From assembly GCA_031365725.1 (NCBI GenBank), contig JANLYQ010000019.1, positions 683 to 64,682 on the forward strand: 64,000 nt of DNA. The letters are read 5' to 3'. This document shows, piece by piece, positions 10,001 to 19,200 of this stretch (positions are counted from its first letter, which is position 1; the number at the start of each line of letters is the position of its first letter). Origin of the DNA: Sporichthyaceae bacterium (GTDB lineage Bacteria > Actinomycetota > Actinomycetes > JACCUZ01). The position numbers and the translations under genes were made by a program. The notes below the pieces were generated by a model. The model worked only from the letters and a program-made list of their open reading frames with translations. It was not told where the DNA came from and did not search any database.

Positions 10001-10128
10001 TGCCAGGCCTTGCGGGCCGGTGGCTTGCGGCGCACGACGCCGAGGGCGACCGCGCCGGCGGCCGCGACCATGACGGCCACCGCGCCCACGGCCGTGAGGT
10101 GTCCGACGTTGCTCACGAGCGAAGACAA
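7027..10128 (-). CDS. Membrane-anchored GAF/PAS-GGDEF-EAL diguanylate cyclase/phosphodiesterase
   Basis: About 9-10 N-terminal TM helices, PAS (FRAMVQNSFDAI), HQAFHDELTGLANR, RPGD I-site + ARLGGDEF, GVEALVRW, DDFGTGYSS, LKIDK; start uncertain. Confidence 0.92.
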   Translation of the reverse strand: MSSLVSNVGHLTAVGAVAVMVAAAGAVALGVVRRKPPARKAWQLLAAAAATFALGDVLALVSAGHPTADAAGTRLTAAALVVSMAHLAAYALLVGALHVLHRESQTGRDGAGIVDAALIAFTAGLGYWVYIAGPQIVAQPWPDRAVAVAFLVLDVVLLGVTTRLVVAQPTRAVPTLIAASLAVLLGTDVLAATADAGSRTDVHRVLHVGWLLALLLLAAAALHPGASRPLVSRAEDREALSGVRLTLLGAVVLIPPALIALRAASGGDGSTADVAVLSLGLAAVVGLVLVRVGLLTREVGRTAERERTLRAAAAELVAARDRAGIHAAALRAVARLVGDVMVAGRVIDTSAPDGTELIAGSGRYDARIRGRRLGETLLAGVHTDMAVTDLDGSLLAALSLKGVQGRLHVRPVRVSGDLLAVVAVVTPIPLEPGTSSALDTLVAQLALAMESASLAADLHERQSEARFRAMVQNSFDAILLVDRDAAVTYQSPSADRMFGYPAGALVGHSVEDLCHADDLLRAQSALTDVIAVPGASRRIELRLRRHDDAGGATSMWFDAEAVVNNLQADPNVQATVITVRDVSERKQFETQLTHQAFHDELTGLANRALFIDRVAHALARRERDATTVAVLLLDLDDFKTVNDGLGHAAGDAMLRAVAHRLEVLVRPGDTTARLGGDEFAMVLVELPDEQAAVHAVERIIAVLGEPLVIEGKEVFVQGSIGLAYAGAGPVTPAEVLRNADAAMYVAKTEGKSRYAVFEPHMHAAALHRLTLRADLQRALDHDEFTLHYQPIVSMETGALVGVEALVRWAHPTRGLVAPDEFIPLAEETGLVVPLGLWVLEQACRQVAAWSRTAPGLTVSVNVSQRQLRRPEFGGEVGSVIDLTGIHPARLALEITESAIMADVLGTVERLHVLRDLGVRLAVDDFGTGYSSFSWLRQLPVDILKIDKEFVDELGRREEGGFLVGAIIDLAHNLGLSTVAEGIEAPAQLSRLRELHCDLGQGFHVGRPMPAEQIDDVLELEQARLRVVADDNHH

Positions 10129-10187
10129 GCACGCACGACTCGCTTCACGGGGGAGGTTCGGCGTGACACGGCCCGCTCACTACATGC

Positions 10188-10616
10188 TCAGTGCCGTCGC
10201 GACGCGCAGCCGATGCACAGGGTGGCGGAGGGTCGAGCGACGAGCCGTTCGGCGGCTATGTCCTGGTGACATCTTTCGCACCGGCCGTAGGTGCCGTCAG
10301 CGAGCCGTAGCTGGGCGGCTTCGAGGTCGGCGATCTGGACCCGGGTCTCCTCGAGCATCGCCATGGCCTGCGCACGTTCGAAGGCGACGGTCGCACCTTC
10401 GGGGTCGTGCTCGTCGTCGGTGGCACCGGCCTTGGCCGACTCGACGATGACGGCGACGTCGCGCGCGAGAGCGGTCGCCCGAGCCTCGGCGGCGATGCGT
10501 TCGCTCGCCAGTCGGGCGTGGGCTTCGGCCAGCCGCGGATCCTGGGCGGCGCGCGTCGTCGAGGCGGCGCGGGTCGTGGTGCGTGCCGTGCTCTGGGCAA
10601 CTGGTGCGGCGGTCAT
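10188..10616 (-). CDS. TraR/DksA family C4 zinc-finger protein
   Basis: Coiled coil with tip ATDDEHDPEG and C-terminal YGRCERC...RPSATLCIGC; ATG 10616 overlaps fdhD stop. Confidence 0.85.
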   Translation of the reverse strand: MTAAPVAQSTARTTTRAASTTRAAQDPRLAEAHARLASERIAAEARATALARDVAVIVESAKAGATDDEHDPEGATVAFERAQAMAMLEETRVQIADLEAAQLRLADGTYGRCERCHQDIAAERLVARPSATLCIGCASRRH

Positions 10617-11533
10617 GCGGGGGCAACGCTGTCGGCCGCCGAGACGTTCCGCAGCCTGCGCCCACCGGCGTACACGTTGAAGGTGGGGGGTCGCACGAAA
10701 CCGAGCAGCGTCATGCCGACCTCCTCGGCCAGCTCGACGGCGAGGCTGCTCGGGGCCGACACCGCGGACAGCACGGGGATGCCGGCGAGGGCGGCCTTCT
10801 GCACGAGCTCGAAGGACGCGCGGCCGCTGACCTGCAGGATCGTGTCGTGCAGCGGCAGGCGCCCGTCGCGCAGGGCCCACCCGACGACCTTGTCCACGGC
10901 GTTGTGCCGGCCGACGTCCTCGCGCAGCACGAGCAGGTCGCCGGTCGCGGTGAACAGCCCGGCGGCGTGCAGACCTCCGGTGCGGTCGAAGACGCGCTGG
11001 GCCGCGCGCAGGGCGCCGGGCAGGGTCACGACGACCCGCGGCTCGAGGACCGGTCCGTCGCCGGGGGTGTGGTGCGCGACGGCGCGGATCGTGTCGATGC
11101 TCGCCTTGCCGCAGACCCCGCACGAGCTGGTGGCGTAGAAGTTGCGCTGCAGGCCGGCGATCTCGACAGTGCCGTCGGTGGTGACGTCGATGACATTCAA
11201 GGTGTTGAGCTGCTCGTCGGTGTCGGGCTGCTGGCCGTCGGCACCGGCGCAGAACCGCATGGCCGCGATCTGGTCGGCCCGGTGCACCGCGCCCTCGCCG
11301 ACGAGGAAGCCGCACACGAGGTCGAAGTCGTCGCCGGGGGTGCGCATCGTGACGCTGATCGCCTGGCCGCCGATGCGGATTTCCAGGGGCTCCTCGATCA
11401 CGAGGGTGTCGGACACCTCCCGGCGTACGTCGGCGGGTGGGTCGGCTGAGGCGCCGTCGGTCTGGCTGGTCGCGTCGGGCTGGTCGGCGACACGTACCTT
11501 GGTCACCTTGCGGCGCAAGGTCACCCGTCCCAT
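10613..11533 (-). CDS. fdhD: Formate dehydrogenase accessory sulfurtransferase
   Basis: IEEPLEIR, MRTPGDD, SSCGVCGK, TGGLHAA, EDVGRHNAVDK, SGRASFELVQKA, SAPSSLA. Confidence 0.95.
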   Translation of the reverse strand: MGRVTLRRKVTKVRVADQPDATSQTDGASADPPADVRREVSDTLVIEEPLEIRIGGQAISVTMRTPGDDFDLVCGFLVGEGAVHRADQIAAMRFCAGADGQQPDTDEQLNTLNVIDVTTDGTVEIAGLQRNFYATSSCGVCGKASIDTIRAVAHHTPGDGPVLEPRVVVTLPGALRAAQRVFDRTGGLHAAGLFTATGDLLVLREDVGRHNAVDKVVGWALRDGRLPLHDTILQVSGRASFELVQKAALAGIPVLSAVSAPSSLAVELAEEVGMTLLGFVRPPTFNVYAGGRRLRNVSAADSVAPA

Positions 11534-12624
11534 CGACGCCCCCGGACCACGACCGTGACGTCGCCGTAGGTGCCGCGCGGCACGAGCTCACCGATGACCG
11601 GTGAGCCGGGGACCTCGCCGGCGACGAGCAGCCCACCGGAGGTCTGCGCGTCGGCCAGCAACAGCGCCTCGAGCTCGTCGACGCTGCCGAGGTCGACGCT
11701 CGGTGCGACCCAGGCGAGGTTGCGCCGGGTGCCCCCGCTGACATAGCCGCCCTGCGCTGCCTGTCGCGCACCGTCGAGGTAGGGCACTGCGGCGGCGTCG
11801 ATCACTGCGGTCACCCCGCTGGCCCGCGCGAGCTTGTGCAGGTGGCCCAGCAGGCCGAAGCCGGTGACGTCGGTGGCGCAGGTGGCACCCGCCGCGAGAG
11901 CGGCAGCGGCTGCGTCGCGGTTGAGCCGGGTCATCGTGTCGACCGCCTCGGGGAAGTCCATGCCGGTGGCCTTGTGCTTGCTGTTGAGGACTCCGATGCC
12001 GAGTGGCTTGGTGAGAGTGAGCGGCAGCCCTGGTGCTCCTCTGTCGTTGCGCAGCAAGCGGTTCGGGTCGACGAGGCCCGTGACTGCCATGCCGTACTTG
12101 GGCTCCGGGTCGTCGACGCTGTGGCCACCACCGACGTGGCAGCCGGCGAGGGTGGCGACGTCCCGCCCGCCGCGCAGGACCTCGGCCGCGAGCTCCATCG
12201 GCAGGGTGTCCCGCGGCCAGCACAGCAGGTTGACCGCGACCAGCGGTGTGCCGCCCATGGCGTAGACGTCCGAGAGCGCGTTGGCGGCGGCGATGCGCCC
12301 CCAGTCGTAGGCGTCGTCGACGACGGGGGTGAAGAAATCGGCGGTGGTCACGATGCCGGTGCGCCCGACGCGGACGACCGCTGCGTCGTCGCCGGTGGCC
12401 AGGCCGACCAACAGCTCGCCGGCGGGGGTGCCGCTGGTGGGTGCGTCGCCGCTGGTGGGGGCTCGGCTGCCGGCGTACGGCATGGCGGTGCGGGGTGACC
12501 GCTCGCTGACTGTCTCACCGAGAGCAGCGACGAGGGTCTCGAGCTCGTCCGGCGGGATCTTGCACGCGCAGCCGCCGCCGTGGGCGTACTGCGTGAGCCG
12601 CACGCGAGTCGTCGGTGCCCCCAT
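11521..12624 (-). CDS. selD: Selenide, water dikinase (Cys form)
   Basis: LTQYAHGGGCACKIP, DDAAV, TADFFTPVVDD, GRIAAANALSDVYAMGG, GGHSVDDPEPKYG, DVTGFGLLGH, DAQTSGGLL. Confidence 0.96.
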   Translation of the reverse strand: MGAPTTRVRLTQYAHGGGCACKIPPDELETLVAALGETVSERSPRTAMPYAGSRAPTSGDAPTSGTPAGELLVGLATGDDAAVVRVGRTGIVTTADFFTPVVDDAYDWGRIAAANALSDVYAMGGTPLVAVNLLCWPRDTLPMELAAEVLRGGRDVATLAGCHVGGGHSVDDPEPKYGMAVTGLVDPNRLLRNDRGAPGLPLTLTKPLGIGVLNSKHKATGMDFPEAVDTMTRLNRDAAAAALAAGATCATDVTGFGLLGHLHKLARASGVTAVIDAAAVPYLDGARQAAQGGYVSGGTRRNLAWVAPSVDLGSVDELEALLLADAQTSGGLLVAGEVPGSPVIGELVPRGTYGDVTVVVRGRRWDG

Positions 12625-12713
12625 GCCTACGATGCTAGGACTCGGTGGCCGGAGGGCTCGGCGGCCGGGTCGTCCGGGTGCGTCGCTGCCTTCAGCGGCG
12701 GCGCGTTCGACGG

Positions 12714-12809
12714 GGAGGCGTCAGGGTGCCTGGTGGCCCCCGCGGTCTTCAACACCGACGTGACCGAGGATCTCGGTCAGGCGGGTTCGATTCCCGTCCG
12801 CCTCCGCCA
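12714..12809 (+). tRNA. selC: tRNA-Sec (anticodon UCA)
   Basis: GGAGGCG/CGCCTCC acceptor, G discriminator, encoded CCA; D loop TGGT; anticodon loop CTTCAAC (12747-12753); long variable arm TGACCGAG-GAT-CTCGGTCA; T arm GCGGG-TTCGATT-CCCGT; 96 nt; sits between selD and selA. Confidence 0.95.
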
Positions 12810-12811
12810 CG

Positions 12812-12930
12812 GCCGACTTCTGACTGCCGACTGCTGACTGCGGACCGCTCACTGCCGACTGCCGACTGCCGACTGCCGACTGCCGACTGCCGACTGCCGA
12901 CTGCCGACTGCCGACTGCCGACTGCCGACT
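12812..12930. repeat. Heptanucleotide tandem array (GCCGACT)n, 17 units
   Basis: Six mostly degenerate units 12812-12853 (gccgact, tctgact, gccgact, gctgact, gcggacc, gctcact) followed by 11 perfect GCCGACT units 12854-12930. Confidence 0.97.
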
Positions 12931-12950
12931 GACTGCTGCGGCGCCGTTGC

Positions 12951-13042
12951 GTCGAGTGGCGGAAGGTGGCTGGTCTGCGGGTCCTGAAGCAGCCAGGTTC
13001 CGCCACTCGATGCAGCCGACCCACCAGGTTCCGCCACTCGAC
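12951..13042. repeat. REP-like element: one inverted and two direct copies of TTCCGCCACTCGA
   Basis: TCGAGTGGCGGAA at 12952-12964 is the reverse complement of TTCCGCCACTCGA inside CCAGGTTCCGCCACTCGA at 12993-13010 and 13024-13041. Confidence 0.75.
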
Positions 13043-13089
13043 TTTGCCGGAGGCGGGTGCGCCCTTGGGTGGCGGCTTAGGGTCGGGGC

Positions 13090-14403
13090 ATGCTGGAGCC
13101 GGTCGACCCGCGGCGGCTGGTGCCGCGCACGGATGACGTGCTGCGTGACGCCCGGCTGGTGGCGGCCGAGGCACGGCTGGGGCGTCCGGCGGTGAAGGCT
13201 GCGGTGGCTGCCGCGCAGGAGGCTGCCCGGCGCGGTGAGGTCGAGCCGCAGGCCGTGCCCGACGATGCCGTACGCCGATTGCCGCCGCGCCCGAGCAGCC
13301 TCACTCCGGTGCTCAACGCGACCGGGGTGCTCCTGCACACCAACCTGGGCCGGGCAGCCCTCTCACGCGCAGCGATCGACGCCCTCGTCGCAGCGGCCGG
13401 CTGCACCGACGTCGAGCTGGACCTCGCGACCGGCCGGCGGGCTCCGCGCGGTCGTGGGCTGGTCGGGGCCCTGCTGACCACCGTACCGGCTGCTGCCGAC
13501 GCACTCGTCGTCACCAACAACGCGGCGGCCCTCGTGCTCGCCGCGACAGCGCTTGCGCAGGGCCAGGAGATCGTCGTCAGCCGGGGCGAGCTGGTCGAGA
13601 TCGGAGACGGCTTCCGGTTGCCGGACCTGCTCGAGTCGACCGGCGCACGGCTGCGTGAGGTAGGCACGACCAACCGCACGACGCTGGCCGACTACGCCGA
13701 CGTGATCAACGACCGCACCGGTTTCGTCCTCAAGGTGCACCCGTCGAACTTTGTCGTCACCGGCTTCACCGCGCAGGTCGGCATCGAGGAGCTCGCGACT
13801 CTCGATGTCCCGGTCGTCAGCGACACCGGCTCAGGACTGCTGCAGCCCGACCCAACCCTGCCGGACGAGCCGGACGCCACCACTCACCTCCGGCAGGGCG
13901 CGGCACTCGTCACCGCCAGCGCCGACAAGCTACTCGGCGGTCCGCAGGGCGGCCTGCTCCTCGGTCGCGCCGACATCATCGCGACGTTGCGCCGCCACCC
14001 GCTGGCCCGGGCCCTGCGTGTCGACAAGCTCACCATCGCCGCTCTGGAGGCGACCCTGCGCGGGCCGAGGACTCCTACCTACGAGGCCCTGCACGTGACC
14101 GTCGACAACCTCCGCGCCCGAGCAGCCACGCTGGGCAAAGCCCTGCACGACAAGGGGATCGAACACGAGATCGTCGAGACCACCGCCACCGTCGGTGGCG
14201 GTGGCGCCCCGGGCATCGACCTGCCCAGCGTGGCGATCGCGGTGGCCGCCGACCTCGCCGTGCGGCTGCGCCTCGGCGACCCGGCCGTCCTCGGGCGGGT
14301 CGAGCGCAACCGCTGCCTGCTCGATCTCCGGTCGCTCGCACCCCAGGACGACGACGCCCTCAGCAGCGCCCTGATCGCGGCGCACCAGAGCGACGCCACC
14401 TAG
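13090..14403 (+). CDS. selA: L-seryl-tRNA(Sec) selenium transferase
   Basis: VLNATGVLLHTNLGRA, VTNNAAA, SRGELVEIGDGFR, EVGTTNRT, LKVHPSNF, SADKLLGGPQGG (PLP Lys), RALRVDK. Confidence 0.96.
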   Translation: MLEPVDPRRLVPRTDDVLRDARLVAAEARLGRPAVKAAVAAAQEAARRGEVEPQAVPDDAVRRLPPRPSSLTPVLNATGVLLHTNLGRAALSRAAIDALVAAAGCTDVELDLATGRRAPRGRGLVGALLTTVPAAADALVVTNNAAALVLAATALAQGQEIVVSRGELVEIGDGFRLPDLLESTGARLREVGTTNRTTLADYADVINDRTGFVLKVHPSNFVVTGFTAQVGIEELATLDVPVVSDTGSGLLQPDPTLPDEPDATTHLRQGAALVTASADKLLGGPQGGLLLGRADIIATLRRHPLARALRVDKLTIAALEATLRGPRTPTYEALHVTVDNLRARAATLGKALHDKGIEHEIVETTATVGGGGAPGIDLPSVAIAVAADLAVRLRLGDPAVLGRVERNRCLLDLRSLAPQDDDALSSALIAAHQSDAT

Positions 14404-16215
14404 GTGCACGTTCTCGCCACCGCCGGACACGTCGACCACGGCAAGTCGACGCTGGTCCGGCTGCTCACGGGGATGGAGCCGGACCGTTGGGCCGAGGAAC
14501 GTCGGCGCGGCATGACCATCGACCTCGGTTTCGCGTGGACACCGATCGACACACCGTGGCTGCCACCCGACGAACAGGTCGCCTTCGTCGACGTGCCCGG
14601 TCACGAGCGGTTCCTCAAGAACATGCTGGCCGGTGTGGGCAGCACACCGGCGGTGCTGTTCGTCGTCGCTGCCGACGACGGCTGGATGCCGCAGTCGCAG
14701 GAGCACCTCGACGTCCTCGACGCCCTGGGTGTGCAGCACGGTCTGCTCGTGATCACCCGGTGCGACCTCGCCACCGACGATCAGCGCGTCGCGGCTCGCG
14801 CCACGGCCGCGCAGCACTTCAAGAACACCACGTTGAGCGATCTCCCCGTCATCGAGGTCAGCGCCACTACCGGTGCCGGCATCACCGGTCTTCAACGGGC
14901 GATCGCCGATCTCACTACCGACCTCCCCGCACCTGACCCCCTGGCCGACGTGCGGTTCTGGGTCGACCGCACCTTCACGGTCGCCGGCGCCGGCACGGTG
15001 GTGACCGGCACCCTGGCGGCCGGGACGCTGCGCGTCGGCGACGACCTGGAGATCGACGGGCGCCGCGTCCAGGTCCGCGCCCTGCAGGTGCTCGGCCGCC
15101 ACACAGACCTGAGCGGACCGGTCGCACGGGTCGCCGTCAACCTGCGCGGCGCCGACGTCACGACCGTCGCACGGGGCAGCGCACTGCTGACCCCGCATCG
15201 CTGGCTGGCCGCTGGCCTCATCGACGTACGGACCAGCACCGACCCGCACGACCTCCCCCGGCGGATGACGCTGCACACCGGGTCCGCTGCCGTCCCCACC
15301 ACCGTGCGGCCACTCGGTCCGGACACGGCACGACTCACCCTCGACACCGCGCTGCCACTCCGCCACGGCGACCGGGTCCTGCTGCGCGACGCCGGCGCCC
15401 ACCATGTCGTCGGCGGCACCGTGCTCGACATCCGGCCCCCGGCCCTGTCACGTCGGGGCGCGGCCGCCGCCCGCGCAGCCGCCCTGGCAACCGTCGGCAG
15501 ACAACCTGACCTCGCCGGCGAGCTGCGCCGCCGTGGCATCGCCTCGGCCGCGACCCTGACCGCCGCAGGCGTCGACACCCGCGGCCAGGAGGCTGTCCAC
15601 GGCTGGCTCGTCGACCCGCCGTTGTGGGCCCAGCTCAGTGCGCGGCTGACCGCGATCGTCACCGACCACGCGACCGCAGGGCGGCTGACCGCCGGCCCCA
15701 CCAGCGAGGACGTACGCCGACAGCTCGGCCTGCCCGACCGGCGCCTGGTGGACGCCGTGGTCGCGGGCACCGACGGCGTGACGCTGCGCGACGGCATGGT
15801 GCAACCCGCCCAGGGTGCTGACGACGTAGCCCGCCTGCCCCCTGACGTACGGCAGGCAGTCGACGCCGTCACTCGCCAGCTCACCGACGCCCCCTTCCGC
15901 GCTCCCGAGGCCGACGAGCTGCGCCGACTCGGCCTCGGGCCGGCGCAGGTCAAGGCTGCGGTCCGGGCCGGCCTGCTGGTCGAGGTAGCCGAGGGCATCG
16001 TGCTGCTCCCCCGGGCCGACGACCGCGCCGCGGAGCTGCTCGCGACCCTCGACCAGCCGTTCACGACGAGCCAGGCGAGGCAGGCGCTGGACACCACTCG
16101 CCGGGTCGCGATCCCGCTGTTGGAGCACCTCGACCGCACCGGACGCACCGAACGGGTGGACCACCAACAACGCAAGATCACCGCCGTGCATGATGGGGAC
16201 AGCGCCGGGGGCTGA
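14404..16215 (+). CDS. selB: Selenocysteine-specific elongation factor
   Basis: TAGHVDHGKST, ERRRGMTIDLGF, DVPGHERFLKNM, C-terminal winged helix TTRRVAIPLLEHLD; GTG abuts selA TAG. Confidence 0.96.
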   Translation: MHVLATAGHVDHGKSTLVRLLTGMEPDRWAEERRRGMTIDLGFAWTPIDTPWLPPDEQVAFVDVPGHERFLKNMLAGVGSTPAVLFVVAADDGWMPQSQEHLDVLDALGVQHGLLVITRCDLATDDQRVAARATAAQHFKNTTLSDLPVIEVSATTGAGITGLQRAIADLTTDLPAPDPLADVRFWVDRTFTVAGAGTVVTGTLAAGTLRVGDDLEIDGRRVQVRALQVLGRHTDLSGPVARVAVNLRGADVTTVARGSALLTPHRWLAAGLIDVRTSTDPHDLPRRMTLHTGSAAVPTTVRPLGPDTARLTLDTALPLRHGDRVLLRDAGAHHVVGGTVLDIRPPALSRRGAAAARAAALATVGRQPDLAGELRRRGIASAATLTAAGVDTRGQEAVHGWLVDPPLWAQLSARLTAIVTDHATAGRLTAGPTSEDVRRQLGLPDRRLVDAVVAGTDGVTLRDGMVQPAQGADDVARLPPDVRQAVDAVTRQLTDAPFRAPEADELRRLGLGPAQVKAAVRAGLLVEVAEGIVLLPRADDRAAELLATLDQPFTTSQARQALDTTRRVAIPLLEHLDRTGRTERVDHQQRKITAVHDGDSAGG

Positions 16216-16269
16216 AGGTCGCTCGGCCGGCGAGGTGTGAAACGCGACACCGACGGTAGGAGGCCCGGC

Positions 16270-19200
16270 GTGGGAGTGCGGACGTTCATCGAGGGCTGGC
16301 CGGTCTATCGCCAGCTGACCGGTGACGACCCGTTGGGTCGAGGCTCGGCGGTGCGCTCCAAGACGACCGACGCACTCGTCGCGCGTACCGAGCTGGCCGA
16401 TGACGTCGTGCCCTCGATCTGCCCGTTCTGCGCGGTCGGCTGCGGCCAGCGCGTCTACGTCAAGGACGGCCAGGTCACCCAGATCGAGGGCGACCCCGAC
16501 TCACCGATCTCGCGCGGCCGACTGTGCCCCAAGGGCTCGGCCAGCAAGCAGCTCGTGACCAGCCCTACCCGCGTGACCAGAGTGCGCTATCGCCGCCCGC
16601 ACGGCACCGAGTGGGAGGACCTCGACCTCGACACCGCGATGTCGATGATCGCCGACCGGGTCATCGAGACCCGTCGCACGCACTGGCAGGACACCGACGA
16701 CAAGGGCCGCGTGCTGCGCCGCACCCTCGGTCTCGCGAGCCTCGGAGGAGCGACCCTCGACAACGAGGAGAACTACCTCATGAAGAAGCTCTACACGGCC
16801 ATGGGCGCCGTGCAGGTCGAGAACCAGGCCCGGATATGACACTCCACCACCGTCCCCGGTCTGGGGACCTCGTTCGGTCGTGGTGGCGCCACGACGTTCC
16901 AGCAGGACCTCGCCAACGCCGACTGCATCCTCATCGAGGGTTCCAACATGGCCGAGGCGCACCCGGTGGGCTTCCAGTGGGTGATGGAGGCCAAGAGCCG
17001 CGGCGCCACGATCATCCACGTCGACCCCCGCTTCACCCGCACCTCTGCGGTCGCCGACATCCACGTCCCGATCCGGGCGGGCACCGACATGGCGTTCCTC
17101 GGCGGCCTCGTCAACTACGTGCTCAGCAACGAGAAGGACTTCCGTGAGTACGTCGTGGCGTTCACCAACGCCGCCGCGATCCTGCGCGCGGACTTCGTCG
17201 ACAGCGACGACCTCGACGGACTGTTCTCCGGCTTCGACGCCGAGGCGCGCAGCTACGACACCACGACCTGGCAGTACGCCGGTGTCGACGAGCCGGTCCC
17301 CCAGCGGGACGAGTCGCTGCAGCACCCTCGCTGCGTCTACCAGGTGCTGCGCCGGCACTTCGCGCGCTACACCCCCGAGATGGTGCAGCGGGTCTGCGGC
17401 ATCACCCCCGCGTCGTTCGCCCAGGTCGCCGAAGCGCTGACCAGCAACTCGGGCCGCGAACGGACCTCAGCGCTGTGCTACGCCGTCGGCTGGACCCACC
17501 ATTCGACCGGTGCGCAGATGATCCGCACCGCAGCGATCCTGCAAACCCTGCTGGGCAACGTCGGACGCCCCGGCGGCGGCATCCTCGCCCTGCGCGGGCA
17601 CGCCAGCATCCAGGGCTCGACCGACATCCCGACCCTGTACAACCTGCTGCCCGGCTACATCCCGATGCCCCGCGTCGAGTCGACCAGCCTCGACAAGCAC
17701 CTCGCCGGCGACGTCGGCAAGACCGGTTTCTGGGGCAACTCGCGGGACTACGTCGTCAGCCTGATGAAGGCCTGGTGGGGCGACGCGGCCACCGCCGACA
17801 ACGACTTCTGCTTCGGCTACCTCCCGCGCCTCACCGGCAACCACGGCACCTATCAGACGGTCCTGGCGCAGATCGCCGGCGACGTGAAGGGCTACTTCGT
17901 GGTCGGCGAGAACCCGTCGGTGGGCTCAGCCAACGCCCGGCTGCAGCGGCAGGGCCTGGCCAACCTCGAGTGGCTGGTCGTGCGCGACCTGCAGATGATC
18001 GAGACGGCGACGTTCTGGAAGGACGGACCCGAGATCGAGACCGGCGAGATGGTCACCGCCGACATCGGCACCGAGGTCTTCTTCCTGCCGGCCGCCGCGC
18101 ACACCGAGAAGGCCGGCTCGTTCACCAACACCCAACGGCTCCTGCAGTGGCACCACAAGGCGGTCGAGCCTCCCGGCGACGCGCGTAGCGACCTCTGGTT
18201 CTACTACCACCTCGGCCGCATCGTGCGGGATCGTCTCGCGGCCTCCACCGACGCACGCGACCGCCCGCTGCAGGACCTGACCTGGGACTACCCGGTCGAG
18301 GGCGAGTCCGACGACCCGTCGGCGGAGGCGGTGCTCGCCGAGATCGGTGGTTTCGACGCCACCGGCGCCCCCGTCAAGGCCTACACCGACCTCAAGGACG
18401 ACGGCTCGACCAGCGCCGGTTGCTGGATCTACTGCGGCGTGACGGCCGACGGCGTCAACCAGTCGGCCCGGCGCAAGCCCGGTCGCGAACAGTCCTGGGT
18501 CGCACCCGAGTGGGGCTGGGCTTGGCCCGCCAACCGGCGCACCCTGTACAACCGCGCGTCCGCCGACCGCGACGGCAAGCCATGGAGCGCGCGCAAGGCC
18601 TACGTCTGGTGGGACGAGGGCAAGGGCGAGTGGACCGGGCACGACGTACCGGACTTCGAGAAGGACAAGCGGCCCGACTACACACCGCCGCCCGGCGCGT
18701 CCGCACAAGCTGCTCTCGCCGGTGACGACGCCTTCATCATGCAGGGTGACGGGAAGGCGTGGCTGTTCGCACCGAGCGGTCTGGCCGATGGTCCGTTGCC
18801 GGCCTACTACGAGCCGCCCGAGTCTCCGGTCGACAACCCGGTGCACCCGGCGCAGCAGCGCAACCCGCTGCGCGAGATCGTGCGGCACCCCGGCAACACG
18901 ATGCACCCCAGCGGCTCGGAGCCCGGTGGCGACGTCTTCCCCTACGTCTTCTCCACCCACCGTCTGACCGAGCACCACACTGCGGGCGGCATGAGCCGCA
19001 CGCTGCCCTATCTTTCCGAGCTGCAGCCCGCGTTCTTCATCGAGGTCGGGCCCGGGCTCGCCGAGGAGCGTGGTCTCGAGCACCTGGGCTGGGCGACGGT
19101 GGTCACGGCGAGGTCGGCGATAGGCCCGGGTCCTGGTGACGGAGCGGATGCGACCGCTGCATCTCGGCGACCGCATCGTGCACCAGGTCGGCATCCCGTG

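Noticed and set aside
6571-10269. 1232-aa plus-strand ORF (likewise 3535-5643, 13930-15405, 32955-35255, 41666-43699)
   Set aside because: Antisense shadows of well-supported genes, expected in stop-poor high-GC DNA; no motifs.
12556-12600. Selenocysteine in SelD
   Set aside because: The active-site motif reads GGGCACK with Cys codons; no in-frame UGA.
12812-13042. CRISPR array
   Set aside because: Units are 7 bp with no spacers; the 18-bp repeat occurs only twice; no cas genes.
12645-13338. ORFs encoding ADCRLPT / SRQSAVG repeats
   Set aside because: They are translations of the heptamer array and overlap the tRNA-Sec gene.
16237-16839. Separate 200-aa protein
   Set aside because: The stop is the Sec UGA; the frame continues with HSTTVPGLG and a SECIS follows.
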